DNA of 64,000 nt, taken from positions 6,535 through 70,534 of the forward strand of contig JAZDHG010000064.1 of the NCBI GenBank assembly GCA_043806135.1, written 5' to 3'. Origin of the DNA: Candidatus Omnitrophota bacterium. GTDB lineage: Bacteria > Omnitrophota > Gorgyraeia > B26-G9. Under the pieces are notes generated by a model. The model saw only the letters and a list, made by a program, of their open reading frames with translations, did no database searches and was not told the DNA's origin. Shown in pieces: positions 7,565-16,910 of this stretch. A program made the translations under genes and the position numbers. Every line of letters begins with the position of its first letter. Position 1 is the stretch's first letter.

Positions 7565-10288
7565 ATGAAAAATGAATTATGGACTTTTACAAATCGCAAC
7601 GGAGATTTTATATTCTCTAACCCGGAAAAGATAAGCCGTCTGTACTTTCCTTTAGCCAATGAAGCAGAATTTATGTCCTCTGTAACTCCCCTGCTTAAAG
7701 GAGATATAAAAATAGGCCAAAATAATTTTTTAATGCTTCCGATAACCAGCGAAGACCTTTACTCAACCATTTCCGGCAGAAATTTCTGGATATATATCAA
7801 TCAAAATACCTATTGGGCAATAAACGGCACTCCGCATCTGCCTAATAATCAGGAGGAAGACGTCACTTTAAAAGCCGGCATACTATGGCATACCATAAAG
7901 AGATCCAATAAAATTATTGGTCTTGATGCGGAAATCACCAACTTTATTCCAGCCAGCGGAGAACATGTGGAATTAATGACCGTTAAAATAACCAATACCT
8001 CCGTAAGGGCAATAACTTTTACACCGACTTCAGCTATCCCTATATTCGGAAGGTCGGCAGATAATCTGCGTGACCATCGTCATGTCACAAGCTTACTGCA
8101 CAGGACCAAACTGACCAGTAACGGTTTAATCGTAAAACCAGAGATGTCTTTTGATGAACGCGGACATAAAATTAATTTTTATTCTTATTATGTACTTGGC
8201 TGTGAAGAGGACTCCACCTCTTGCATCGGTCAATTTCCGTCGATTGAATCTTTTATCGGCGAGGGCGGCTCTTTCATCTGTCCCCGGGCTGTTTTTGAGG
8301 ATTATGTACCTATTAAAAAGATCGAAGCACGCCATCACGGAAAAGAAGCTATCGGAGCGCTGCGCTTTCAAAAAAAAACCCTGATCCCTGATGAGTCAAT
8401 AACTTATATTCTAATGCTCGGGATCGCTGAACACCCTGGCGAAATAAAAAGAATATATGAAAAATTTAATCATCGGGATAAGGTTAAGAATGCTTTAAGA
8501 GACAATGTAGATTACTGGAAAAAAAGAATAGATGCCATAAGCTTTTGTACAGGCGAGCTGATCAATGACAATTGGCTGCGCTGGGTAGGACTTCAGCCGA
8601 TTTTAAGAAAAATATTCGGCTGTTCTTTCTTACCTGATTTTGACTACGGCCGGGGCGGTAAAGGATGGCGGGATCTTTGGCAGGATTGTCTTACCCTGAT
8701 TCTTGCGCATCCGGAGCAGACCAAAGATATCCTTATTGCCAATTTTTCCGGAGTAAGAATTGACGGCACTAACGCAACCATTATCACTAAACAACCAGGG
8801 GTTTTTATTGCCGACCGCAATAAGATAAGCCGCGTATGGATGGATCACGGTGTATGGCCATTCTTTTCTTTGCAGCTTTATATAAACCAGACCGGTGATT
8901 TTGATATTCTTTTCGATAAATCAACATACTTCTACGATCAGCAGCTATCCAGGGCAAAAGAGATCGATACTTCCTGGAACCCGAACCTCAAGCATTTTAA
9001 ACAACTGCACACTAAAGACGGCCATCTTTATCAGGGAACCGTATTAGAACATATATTAGTACAGCACCTGGTTCAGTTTTTCAATGTGGGCAAGCATAAT
9101 AGTATCAAACTTGAAGATGCCGATTGGAACGATGGGTTGGATATGGCCAGCGAAAAGGGTGAAAGTGTTGCCTTCACCTGTTTCTATGCCCACAATATAT
9201 ATGAGATTACCATGCTGCTGCTTGAATTAAAGAAAAGACGAAAGAAAAAAACTATCAGCATTTCAAAAGAGCTGTTCATCCTTCTGGACCGTTTGCACAA
9301 GAAACCCATAAACTATAACCATCCGGATGAAAAGATAACTCTCTTGCGCAGGTATCTCAATGCCGTAAAAACCAGGGTTTCCGGGAAAAAAGTTTCCGTA
9401 AAATTAGAGGATCTGATTGCTGATCTTTCTCAAAAATGGCAATGGATGTTTTCACATGTCGGCAAAAAAGAATGGATATCTCTAAACAAAAACAGCGGAT
9501 TTTTCAATGGATACTATGATAACAGAGGGAAAAGAATTGAAGGAAAGATAAACAGCCATATTAGAATGACCCTCACCGGTCAGGTATTTCCGATAATGAG
9601 CGGGATATCTTCAAAAAAACAAACAAAGCTCATCTTTGCTGCCGCTAACAAATACCTGAAAGACAAGAAATTGGGCGGCTTCAGATTAAATACAGATTTC
9701 AAAAAACCTCAATTAGACTTAGGACGCGCATTCGCATTTTCATACGGAGAAAAAGAAAACGGTTCAGTATTCAGCCATATGTGCGTTATGTTTGCTTATG
9801 CTTTATATCAGAGAAACTTTGTGCAGGAAGGATTTTCCGTCTTGGAAAGCCTGATGAGCCTGGCCACAAACACTAAAGTGAGCAAAATATACCCCTGCCT
9901 GCCTGAATATTTTAATCTTGAAGGTAAAGGCATGTATTCTTATCTTACCGGGTCGGCAAGCTGGTACATACTCACGATGTTGACTCAGGTATTTGGAGTA
10001 AAAGGGCATTTCGGAAACATGATAATTGAACCGAAATTAATCAGCAAGCAGTTTAAAGATTCTGATACAGTTTCCCTGTCTTGTTATTTCGCCCAGCGCA
10101 GATTAAGTGTTGTTTTTGTCAACCCTAAAAAAGTTGATTTTGAAGATTACAAGATAACAAAAGTCAAGATCAAGCCTTTCGAAATAGCTTATAAACTCTC
10201 CGGAATGCGCAAAGTCAAATTCCTGCGCGAAGACATATTAAGCTTCCCTAAAAATACGCACATTACCATAGAAATAACTCTGGACTGA
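7565..10288 (+). CDS. GH94 glycoside phosphorylase (laminaribiose/cellobiose phosphorylase-like)
   Basis: DYGRGGKGWRDLWQD, catalytic DWNDGLD, KENGSVFSH, YLTGSASW. Start moved to ATG 7565, downstream of the promoter and AGGA. Confidence 0.88.
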   Translation: MKNELWTFTNRNGDFIFSNPEKISRLYFPLANEAEFMSSVTPLLKGDIKIGQNNFLMLPITSEDLYSTISGRNFWIYINQNTYWAINGTPHLPNNQEEDVTLKAGILWHTIKRSNKIIGLDAEITNFIPASGEHVELMTVKITNTSVRAITFTPTSAIPIFGRSADNLRDHRHVTSLLHRTKLTSNGLIVKPEMSFDERGHKINFYSYYVLGCEEDSTSCIGQFPSIESFIGEGGSFICPRAVFEDYVPIKKIEARHHGKEAIGALRFQKKTLIPDESITYILMLGIAEHPGEIKRIYEKFNHRDKVKNALRDNVDYWKKRIDAISFCTGELINDNWLRWVGLQPILRKIFGCSFLPDFDYGRGGKGWRDLWQDCLTLILAHPEQTKDILIANFSGVRIDGTNATIITKQPGVFIADRNKISRVWMDHGVWPFFSLQLYINQTGDFDILFDKSTYFYDQQLSRAKEIDTSWNPNLKHFKQLHTKDGHLYQGTVLEHILVQHLVQFFNVGKHNSIKLEDADWNDGLDMASEKGESVAFTCFYAHNIYEITMLLLELKKRRKKKTISISKELFILLDRLHKKPINYNHPDEKITLLRRYLNAVKTRVSGKKVSVKLEDLIADLSQKWQWMFSHVGKKEWISLNKNSGFFNGYYDNRGKRIEGKINSHIRMTLTGQVFPIMSGISSKKQTKLIFAAANKYLKDKKLGGFRLNTDFKKPQLDLGRAFAFSYGEKENGSVFSHMCVMFAYALYQRNFVQEGFSVLESLMSLATNTKVSKIYPCLPEYFNLEGKGMYSYLTGSASWYILTMLTQVFGVKGHFGNMIIEPKLISKQFKDSDTVSLSCYFAQRRLSVVFVNPKKVDFEDYKITKVKIKPFEIAYKLSGMRKVKFLREDILSFPKNTHITIEITLD

Positions 10289-10332
10289 TGCCGCTGTGTA
10301 TTTTCGTTCCCGACCAGGATTTACATTAGCTT

Positions 10333-11292
10333 CTAAATTTTATAAACCAGGGATAGCAATGCCATGAAAAAAGGTATGCTTACAACTGCAAAAAGATATG
10401 TTACCAGCAATGCCCTGCCGATAAGATCGTATTTTGCCTTTTGATAAACAGAAACCACTCCTAAATTTATCGCACTGGGCATTACTGCTTCAATGAACAG
10501 GATCAATGCAATAAAACCAGTCAATTTTAAAATACTGATGATACCCAGCACAATTACCGGCATAACGATTAATTTACCGAAAAGTACTTTAACAAAAAAA
10601 CTTTTACGGATTATGACCTGTGTGCTCATGACCTCTGCCAAAATTATACCTAAGCTTAGAAGCGCAACCGGCAATGTGCAGTTCCCCAGCAGCTCTGTTA
10701 CCCTCATCAGCACCGTAGGCATAAACGGCTTTAAATTAGCAGCGATAAACAGCATTGATATTATCAATGCTGCGAACGGAGGACTGAAAATTTTTTTAAA
10801 TTGAAACTTCGGTTCTCCTGGATACAAAAACTGGATGCCAAACCCCCAAAACACAACATTGAACCCCTGTATGAAAAGAAAAATACGCGTAAACATTTCT
10901 CTTGCAATATCATTAGGATAAATTGCCGCAACCAGTAACAAAGGCAAATAACCGCAGTTTTGAAATGAAATCAGGCAGATAAATTCATCTTTTTCTTTTA
11001 TGCTCTTATCCATGGCGCATATTACACTGCCGACTATAAAACCAAGCGCAGGAATACAAACTCCCATCAGGGGATAAAGCCACCAGTCACGGGGAGATGA
11101 AAAGCTGAAATAATGAATCAGGTGATTAAAAATAAGACAAGGCAGGAATAAATTTATGGTCAGCGCGCTAAGAGTTCTCAACCCCTGTTTATCAACAAGT
11201 TTCAGTTTAGAAAAGAAGACTCCGACAGAAACGATAAGAAATATCTCTATAATGCCGGAAAAAACTTTTGTAAAATTCAATAAAAATTCCAT
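10333..11292 (-). CDS. AEC (auxin efflux carrier) family membrane transporter
   Basis: About 10 TM segments; LPCLIF, FQNCGYLPL and MPSAIN motifs. Confidence 0.85.
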   Translation of the reverse strand: MEFLLNFTKVFSGIIEIFLIVSVGVFFSKLKLVDKQGLRTLSALTINLFLPCLIFNHLIHYFSFSSPRDWWLYPLMGVCIPALGFIVGSVICAMDKSIKEKDEFICLISFQNCGYLPLLLVAAIYPNDIAREMFTRIFLFIQGFNVVFWGFGIQFLYPGEPKFQFKKIFSPPFAALIISMLFIAANLKPFMPTVLMRVTELLGNCTLPVALLSLGIILAEVMSTQVIIRKSFFVKVLFGKLIVMPVIVLGIISILKLTGFIALILFIEAVMPSAINLGVVSVYQKAKYDLIGRALLVTYLFAVVSIPFFMALLSLVYKI

Positions 11293-11357
11293 TATTATAC
11301 CTTAATCTAATATTCGAGATTATTTTATCTCTCAGTTTTTAAAGAAGAATTCGGTAT

Positions 11358-11993
11358 CTATAAAGAAGGATTTTGCATATACTCCAGGATTAAATCCGTC
11401 GATGCTTTATCCATGATCAGATAATAATCGCCGTCAATACCCATACCCATTTCTTTAAAAGAAGTATGTACGACACAAATATTGCCCCAATGTTCGTATT
11501 CTCTGAGGATCATCGTGATAAGTTCATCTGAAGTACCGCTCAGGAAGTTAGGCACGGATGTAAGGATTAATTTCTTGATCAAAGAACTCAAGGTATTAAT
11601 ATAGGAAAAAATCGCTATCCCTCCCACTTCTTTAATAATTGATATCCCGTACCTTATGGGCTCGACTCCGCTGGTATTGATATATAAGAGAAATTTTTCA
11701 ATAATCTTAAGCGAGTGTTTTTCCGGGAAAAGCAGGAAAATAGTACCTTGCAGCTGTGAACTGAAATGCGCATTTACCCCGTATACCAGAGTACCCTTAT
11801 CTTTTATATAATTCGGAAGCTGATCAATTGTAAGAATCTCTAAACCGGGAGGATTGACTTGCACTACTCCTCCCAGCAGCTGGGAAAGGATACCGGTTGA
11901 GTTTCCCACACATATATTCCCGACTTCCCTTAAAATATCCCTTTCTTCGAAGCTTAAAGATTCTTTATGCTCTACCATAATATTTTTTAGCAT
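11358..11993 (-). CDS. CheC-like phosphatase family protein
   Basis: DILREVGNICVGN...LSQLLG (ExxN motif); second repeat EVGGI...LSSL; SVP motif. Confidence 0.75.
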   Translation of the reverse strand: MLKNIMVEHKESLSFEERDILREVGNICVGNSTGILSQLLGGVVQVNPPGLEILTIDQLPNYIKDKGTLVYGVNAHFSSQLQGTIFLLFPEKHSLKIIEKFLLYINTSGVEPIRYGISIIKEVGGIAIFSYINTLSSLIKKLILTSVPNFLSGTSDELITMILREYEHWGNICVVHTSFKEMGMGIDGDYYLIMDKASTDLILEYMQNPSL

Positions 11994-12046
11994 AACATCT
12001 TAGGTGACAATTGTAAAGAGGATATTAACAATAAATTATTAATTCA

Positions 12047-12075
12047 TTGTCTTGATCCCTGGTTTGCTTTATAAT
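12047..12075 (+). promoter_or_regulatory. sigma70-type promoter, near-leaderless helicase transcript
   Basis: TTGTCT-17 nt-TATAAT, 10 nt upstream of ATG 12086, no Shine-Dalgarno. Confidence 0.5.
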
Positions 12076-12085
12076 TGCATATACT

Positions 12086-14014
12086 ATGCAATACGATGAT
12101 TTTCAGAAAAAAGCCATAAGGTCTGCAGAGAACGGCAATTCCGTAATAGTTTGTGCGCCTACAGGTGCTGGGAAAACAGCAATTGCCGAGTATGTCATAA
12201 ATAAATGCATTGCTAAGGAAGAAGGTGTTATATACACTTCACCTATTAAATCCTTATCCAATCAGAAATTCCGTGATTTCAGCCGTATTTACGGCAAGAA
12301 TATCGGCATACTTACAGGCGACGTAAGCATAAACGCAAATGCCCCGGTTTTGATCATGACTACAGAAATTTTCCGAAATACTCTTTTTGAAGATCCCGAG
12401 CGGCTTAAGAACATCTCCTGGATAATCTTTGATGAAGTCCATTATATAGATGACTATGAACGCGGCACGGTTTGGGAGGAATCGATAATCTTTTGCCCCC
12501 CTCATATGCGGATACTTGCTTTAAGCGCGACGATCCCTAATTCAAATCAAATTGCCAATTGGGTAAGGGGTATTCATAAACATCCTATAGATACGGTCAT
12601 TGAGAAAAACCGCCCGGTGCCTTTGCATCATAGTTTCCAGGCAAACAATAAAATATTTTCTGACATAAACCAATTGAGAAATAATGTTTATCTCAGAAGG
12701 AACCACCGCGTTTCAAGATGGGACAGACACAAGAGAAGGTCTCCTTCTAATAAAGTGCTGGATATTCTCAATCATCTTCAAGAAACCGACAAAATCCCGG
12801 TCATCTATTTTTCTTTTAGTCGAAAACGCTGTGAAGAACTGGCCTTTGAGGCACGTATTATTAATTTTGTAAACACGGATGAAAAACAGAAACTCACCTG
12901 TTTATTTAAAAACCTCTTGGAAAAATTTGATTTGGCAAACGAGCCATCAGCTTTAAAATTATGGCCCCTTATAGAAAAAGGCATCGCTTACCATCACGCT
13001 GGGCTTCTGCCCAGTCTTAAAGAAGTAATTGAACAATTGTTTACCAGCAGGCTCATCAAACTTATTTTCACGACCGAAACATTTGCATTGGGGATAAACA
13101 TGCCTGCAAAAACAGTGGTTTTCGATGAACTAAGAAAATTCAACGGGCATTATTACGGACCTTTGCAATGCAGGGATTATTATCAAATGGCCGGACGTGC
13201 AGGGCGCCGCGGTATCGATAGCGAAGGTTTTGTTTATTCAAGGATTAATCCGTACAGGATTGAATTCAATCAGGTGAAAAAAATAATTTTTTCTGACCCT
13301 GAGCCTATAAACAGTCAGTTCAATCTTTCTTATGCAAGTCTGCTGCACCTTTATGCCAAATGGCAGGAAAAATTATATGAAGTTTATCCTCAGAGTTTGC
13401 ACTATTTCCAGTCAAAAAAGAATACCAGGAAAAACGCACTGGAGCTCCTGGAAGCCAAAATCACTCTTTTAAAAGAAATGGACTATATATGTGAGCATAG
13501 ATTAAGCCATAAAGGAATGTTTGCCAGCCGTGTTTACGGATACGAATTATTGCTTACGGAATTATTTGCCACCGGTGTTTTAGAGAGTCTTTCCAGCGTT
13601 GAGTTGAACATTGTGCTTGTTTCTCTTTGTTTTGAGCCGCGTAAAAATCAGCTGTACATTGATCTGCCTGATGAAATACTGCAAATACAGGATAAGGTCT
13701 TGCCTTTAATCAAGGGAATCCGCAGAAGTGAAAGAAGATCCAGGATCCGTCCTTTAAGTAAAAAACCCTATTTTAACTTAGGCATTGCTATTAGAAATTG
13801 GTCGCAAGGATTGCCGCTGGCTAAAGTTAGATCTGAAACCGGAGCAGATGAAGGAGAGATTGTCAGATACTTCAGAATGGTGATTCAAATATTAAAGCAA
13901 TTACGTGCAATTGCGTTCATAACCCAGGGCTTCAGAGACAGGATAAATGAGTCTCTGACCATGATAAACCGTGATGAGGTTGATGCAGAAAAACAGCTTC
14001 GTGAAGGGCTCTAA
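12086..14014 (+). CDS. Ski2-like DExH RNA helicase (HelY-like, compact)
   Basis: APTGAGKT, PIKSLSNQK, DEVH, SAT, HHAGLLP, TETFALGINMPA, QMAGRAGRRG, DSHCT-like DEGEIVR. Confidence 0.92.
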   Translation: MQYDDFQKKAIRSAENGNSVIVCAPTGAGKTAIAEYVINKCIAKEEGVIYTSPIKSLSNQKFRDFSRIYGKNIGILTGDVSINANAPVLIMTTEIFRNTLFEDPERLKNISWIIFDEVHYIDDYERGTVWEESIIFCPPHMRILALSATIPNSNQIANWVRGIHKHPIDTVIEKNRPVPLHHSFQANNKIFSDINQLRNNVYLRRNHRVSRWDRHKRRSPSNKVLDILNHLQETDKIPVIYFSFSRKRCEELAFEARIINFVNTDEKQKLTCLFKNLLEKFDLANEPSALKLWPLIEKGIAYHHAGLLPSLKEVIEQLFTSRLIKLIFTTETFALGINMPAKTVVFDELRKFNGHYYGPLQCRDYYQMAGRAGRRGIDSEGFVYSRINPYRIEFNQVKKIIFSDPEPINSQFNLSYASLLHLYAKWQEKLYEVYPQSLHYFQSKKNTRKNALELLEAKITLLKEMDYICEHRLSHKGMFASRVYGYELLLTELFATGVLESLSSVELNIVLVSLCFEPRKNQLYIDLPDEILQIQDKVLPLIKGIRRSERRSRIRPLSKKPYFNLGIAIRNWSQGLPLAKVRSETGADEGEIVRYFRMVIQILKQLRAIAFITQGFRDRINESLTMINRDEVDAEKQLREGL

Positions 14015-14221
14015 TGTCTTATCCTGCAATAGTTAATATTTTATTTGGTTACTAGTAGGTACAAACAGTTAATAGTGGTCACTAACGGTTACTTCAAGAA
14101 ATTAATTTCAATATTTTATCAGTTTTAATTAAAGCTCTCAGCTTGTTTTTTATGCTTTTTCGTCCCTCGATTTTTCACTCAATACACACGACAAATCCCG
14201 CAGTTTACTCCGCTGCCTTTG

Positions 14222-14698
14222 CTATTGTCCTTTGGGATTAACTACAAAAACAGTAATAGGATCAGCTTCAAGCATTTCTTCGGCAAAACCGTTATAGCTC
14301 ACCTTAATATCATAATTACCCGCAGTTTCCGCAATAAATTCTGTCTTAAATTTGAGCTTTTTCTTTGGATAGAGCCTGATCGTTTTAAGCTTCAACCCAT
14401 AGATATCAAGTAATTTATCTTTCTTTCCGTCCGGCATAGTGATCTCTATCATAAATGAATTTTCGTCAATAGCCGGTTCGGTTATTTCAAGAGGCTCCCC
14501 GCTTATATTTCTCAAATATATATTTATCTCAACCGGTTTATTGAGTTCATTGATCATTTTTGTGCTTTTCACCTCAAGTTTAAGCGACTTTTTCCTACCG
14601 TATATAGCATTTTCCTGAGCATCTACACTCACAGAGGTTAAAAATAAAACCGCAATTAAAGCAAAGCCGCTTATGCTACTTACAGACCTCAAGAACAT
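14222..14698 (-). CDS. Hypothetical secreted beta-sandwich protein
   Basis: Signal-peptide-like N-terminus (..SVDA/QEN), AGGGGG RBS, beta-strand pattern with G.Y.I.V.Y. Confidence 0.65.
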   Translation of the reverse strand: MFLRSVSSISGFALIAVLFLTSVSVDAQENAIYGRKKSLKLEVKSTKMINELNKPVEINIYLRNISGEPLEITEPAIDENSFMIEITMPDGKKDKLLDIYGLKLKTIRLYPKKKLKFKTEFIAETAGNYDIKVSYNGFAEEMLEADPITVFVVNPKGQ

Positions 14699-14710
14699 AG
14701 TATCCCCCTT

Positions 14711-15895
14711 CTACTTTCTTTTGATATTCTTTTTGTATCGATCCATGAACCTCTTTATTCTGAGAACAGCCTCTTTTAATTGTTCATAACCTGTCGAATA
14801 AGACATACGTACGTAATTATCGTAGCTGGCACCAAAGGCCACTCCGGGAACAACCGCAACCTTTTGCTCTTTCAAAAGATTACCCGCAAATTCAAGACTA
14901 CTCAGCCCTGATGCGTTAATTTGCGGAAAAATATAAAAAGCCCCCTGAGGTTTTGAACATGTAAGGCCCAACTCATTGAGACTCTTATACATAAACTCTC
15001 TCCGGCGCCTGTATTCACGCTTCATTTCTTCCAGACTGCGTTTTCCTGAGTGCAAAGCCTCACAAGCAGCCATCTGACTGACAATAGCTGCACATAAAAT
15101 TGTGTATTGGTGGATCTTTGTCATGGCCGCAATCACTGGTTTTGGCCCGCATGCGTAACCTATTCGCCACCCTGTCATTGCATATGCCTTTGATACTCCA
15201 TTAAGATAAAGCGTATAATCCTGTGCACCCTTGAGGGTCGGATAAGGTACGTGTTCAGCGTCATAGGTCAGCTCTCCATAAACTTCATCACTAATGACAA
15301 TTAATTTATGTTTTTTGCAAACCTTATTTAATCTCTCCAGTTCCAGTTTTGAGTATGTTGCACCAGTCGGATTAGAGGGATAATTTAATATTATACCTTT
15401 TGTCTGTTTATTGCAGGCACGTTCCAGCATCTGGGGAGTAATTTTAAATCCATCCTTTTGATCGGTCGGCAAATTGACAGCCTTACCTCCTGCCAGCTCA
15501 ACAACCGGTCCGTAAGAAACATAGCATGGTTCAGGAACAATTATTTCATCCCCGGGATTAATAATTGCACGCATTGCCAGATCCAGAGCTTCAGAAACCC
15601 CTACTGTTATCAAAATCTCCTCATTAGCGCAATAGTTCAATCCAAAACGCTGTTTTAATAAACGATGAATAATTAATCTCAGCTTGTAAAGACCCTTGTT
15701 TGAGGTATATGAAGTATATCCCTGCTCAATAGAGAATATTCCTGTTTCCCTAATATTCCAAGGGGTTACAAAATCGGGCTCCCCGACCCCCAAACTGACC
15801 ACATCTTCCATACCCAGCACAAGATCGAAAAAAGCCCGGATTCCTGAAGGAGCAAGTTTTTCCACCTTTTTTGATATCAAATTCTTCTTATCCAT
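14711..15895 (-). CDS. Class I/II PLP-dependent aminotransferase (AlaT/YugH-like)
   Basis: LGVGEPDF, NYPSNPTG, SDEVY, SKAYAMTGWRIG. Confidence 0.95.
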   Translation of the reverse strand: MDKKNLISKKVEKLAPSGIRAFFDLVLGMEDVVSLGVGEPDFVTPWNIRETGIFSIEQGYTSYTSNKGLYKLRLIIHRLLKQRFGLNYCANEEILITVGVSEALDLAMRAIINPGDEIIVPEPCYVSYGPVVELAGGKAVNLPTDQKDGFKITPQMLERACNKQTKGIILNYPSNPTGATYSKLELERLNKVCKKHKLIVISDEVYGELTYDAEHVPYPTLKGAQDYTLYLNGVSKAYAMTGWRIGYACGPKPVIAAMTKIHQYTILCAAIVSQMAACEALHSGKRSLEEMKREYRRRREFMYKSLNELGLTCSKPQGAFYIFPQINASGLSSLEFAGNLLKEQKVAVVPGVAFGASYDNYVRMSYSTGYEQLKEAVLRIKRFMDRYKKNIKRK

Positions 15896-16066
15896 TGTAT
15901 TTTCGGTTGTTTTAAATTATTTAATATTTTATCTTACTTTTTCCTTTTAATTTTTTACTTAGTAATATGTCGCTATTCTTTTGTTTTATTTCTTTTTCTC
16001 TCGCTACTAAATTTCAAACCATCAGCTATGAGCCATGAGCTTTTTTTGCTTTCGCTATACGCTGCT

Positions 16067-16552
16067 TTAATAAGATATGGCAATACGCTTATTGTTCTCC
16101 TTATGTTTTAGGATAACCCCGTTTTCCTTATATTTTTTAAGCAGAAAATGGGTTGTTGTACCCCGCACATTTTCCATAGGAGATAGTTTCTCGGCAATAA
16201 AGTTTGATATCGTCTGCATATCTTTGCCTTCGACAACAAGCAGCAAATCATAGGTTCCGGAAAGAAGAGAGCAACTGGTTACCTCCGGGAATTTATATAT
16301 TCTTTCAGCAATATGATCGAATCCCAGATTTTTTTGAGGCAGAACATTCACCTCAATCAAAGCTCTGATTTCACTATACTCAGATCTAACCATTTCTTTA
16401 TTAATAATTGTTTTATATCCGACAATTACTCCGTCTTTCTCATATTTTTTTATTTTTTTCTTAATAGACACGGCGTCTTGTTTTATGTATTTAGCGATCT
16501 CTTCTGCGCTCATGCGCGCATCCTTTTCCAGAACCTCCAAGATCTCGTCCAT
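16067..16552 (-). CDS. Lrp/AsnC family transcriptional regulator
   Basis: N-terminal HTH ILEVLEKDAR; SGTYDLL; TTTHFLLKKYK; paired with the aminotransferase. Confidence 0.92.
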   Translation of the reverse strand: MDEILEVLEKDARMSAEEIAKYIKQDAVSIKKKIKKYEKDGVIVGYKTIINKEMVRSEYSEIRALIEVNVLPQKNLGFDHIAERIYKFPEVTSCSLLSGTYDLLLVVEGKDMQTISNFIAEKLSPMENVRGTTTHFLLKKYKENGVILKHKENNKRIAISY

Positions 16553-16553
16553 A

Positions 16554-16793
16554 TCAATTTTCCTCCTCTATCCTAGCCAAAACATTACCCACCGGAACAC
16601 TTTCCCCCTCAAGGGCGATAAGCTCCGTTACCACGCCTGCGCATGGAGCAGGAATATTAAAAGTGCTTTTTTCCGTTGTTACCTCTACAAGGTCTTTGCC
16701 CGCTTCAACGCGCTCTCCTGCTTCTACCAGCCAAAAAGATATGTTAGCTTCCTCAAAGTCCTCGCCTAAATCCGGCATTACAATATCCGTCAT
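16554..16793 (-). CDS. Stand-alone lipoyl-domain carrier protein
   Basis: MPDLGE...W.V..GE.V..G..LVEVTTEKS...PAP..G; AGGAGG RBS. Confidence 0.85.
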   Translation of the reverse strand: MTDIVMPDLGEDFEEANISFWLVEAGERVEAGKDLVEVTTEKSTFNIPAPCAGVVTELIALEGESVPVGNVLARIEEEN

Positions 16794-16842
16794 TGTTTAC
16801 CCCTCCTGATTAAAATTATTATCTTTAAACATAACACTATTA

Positions 16843-16871
16843 ATACTAACATGATAAAGATTTATTATCAA
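16843..16871 (-). promoter_or_regulatory. Internal sigma70-type promoter for lipoyl-lrp-aminotransferase
   Basis: TTGATA-17 nt-TAGTAT with TG extension; overlaps a TGATAA...TTATCA palindrome. Confidence 0.45.
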
Positions 16872-16910
16872 GATTGATTTTATAATCAGTCTCTATAAAC
16901 TTTTTTTCAC

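Noticed and set aside
14094-14221. Possible remnant of a four-helix-bundle gene (minus-strand fragments resembling KGS..ELR and IKNKLRALIK)
   Set aside because: Needs several indels and similarity is too weak to support without a search
16852-16870. TGATAAAGATTTATTATCA as a Fur box
   Set aside because: Half-site spacing does not fit the 7-1-7 Fur consensus, and the AT-rich context makes chance matches likely
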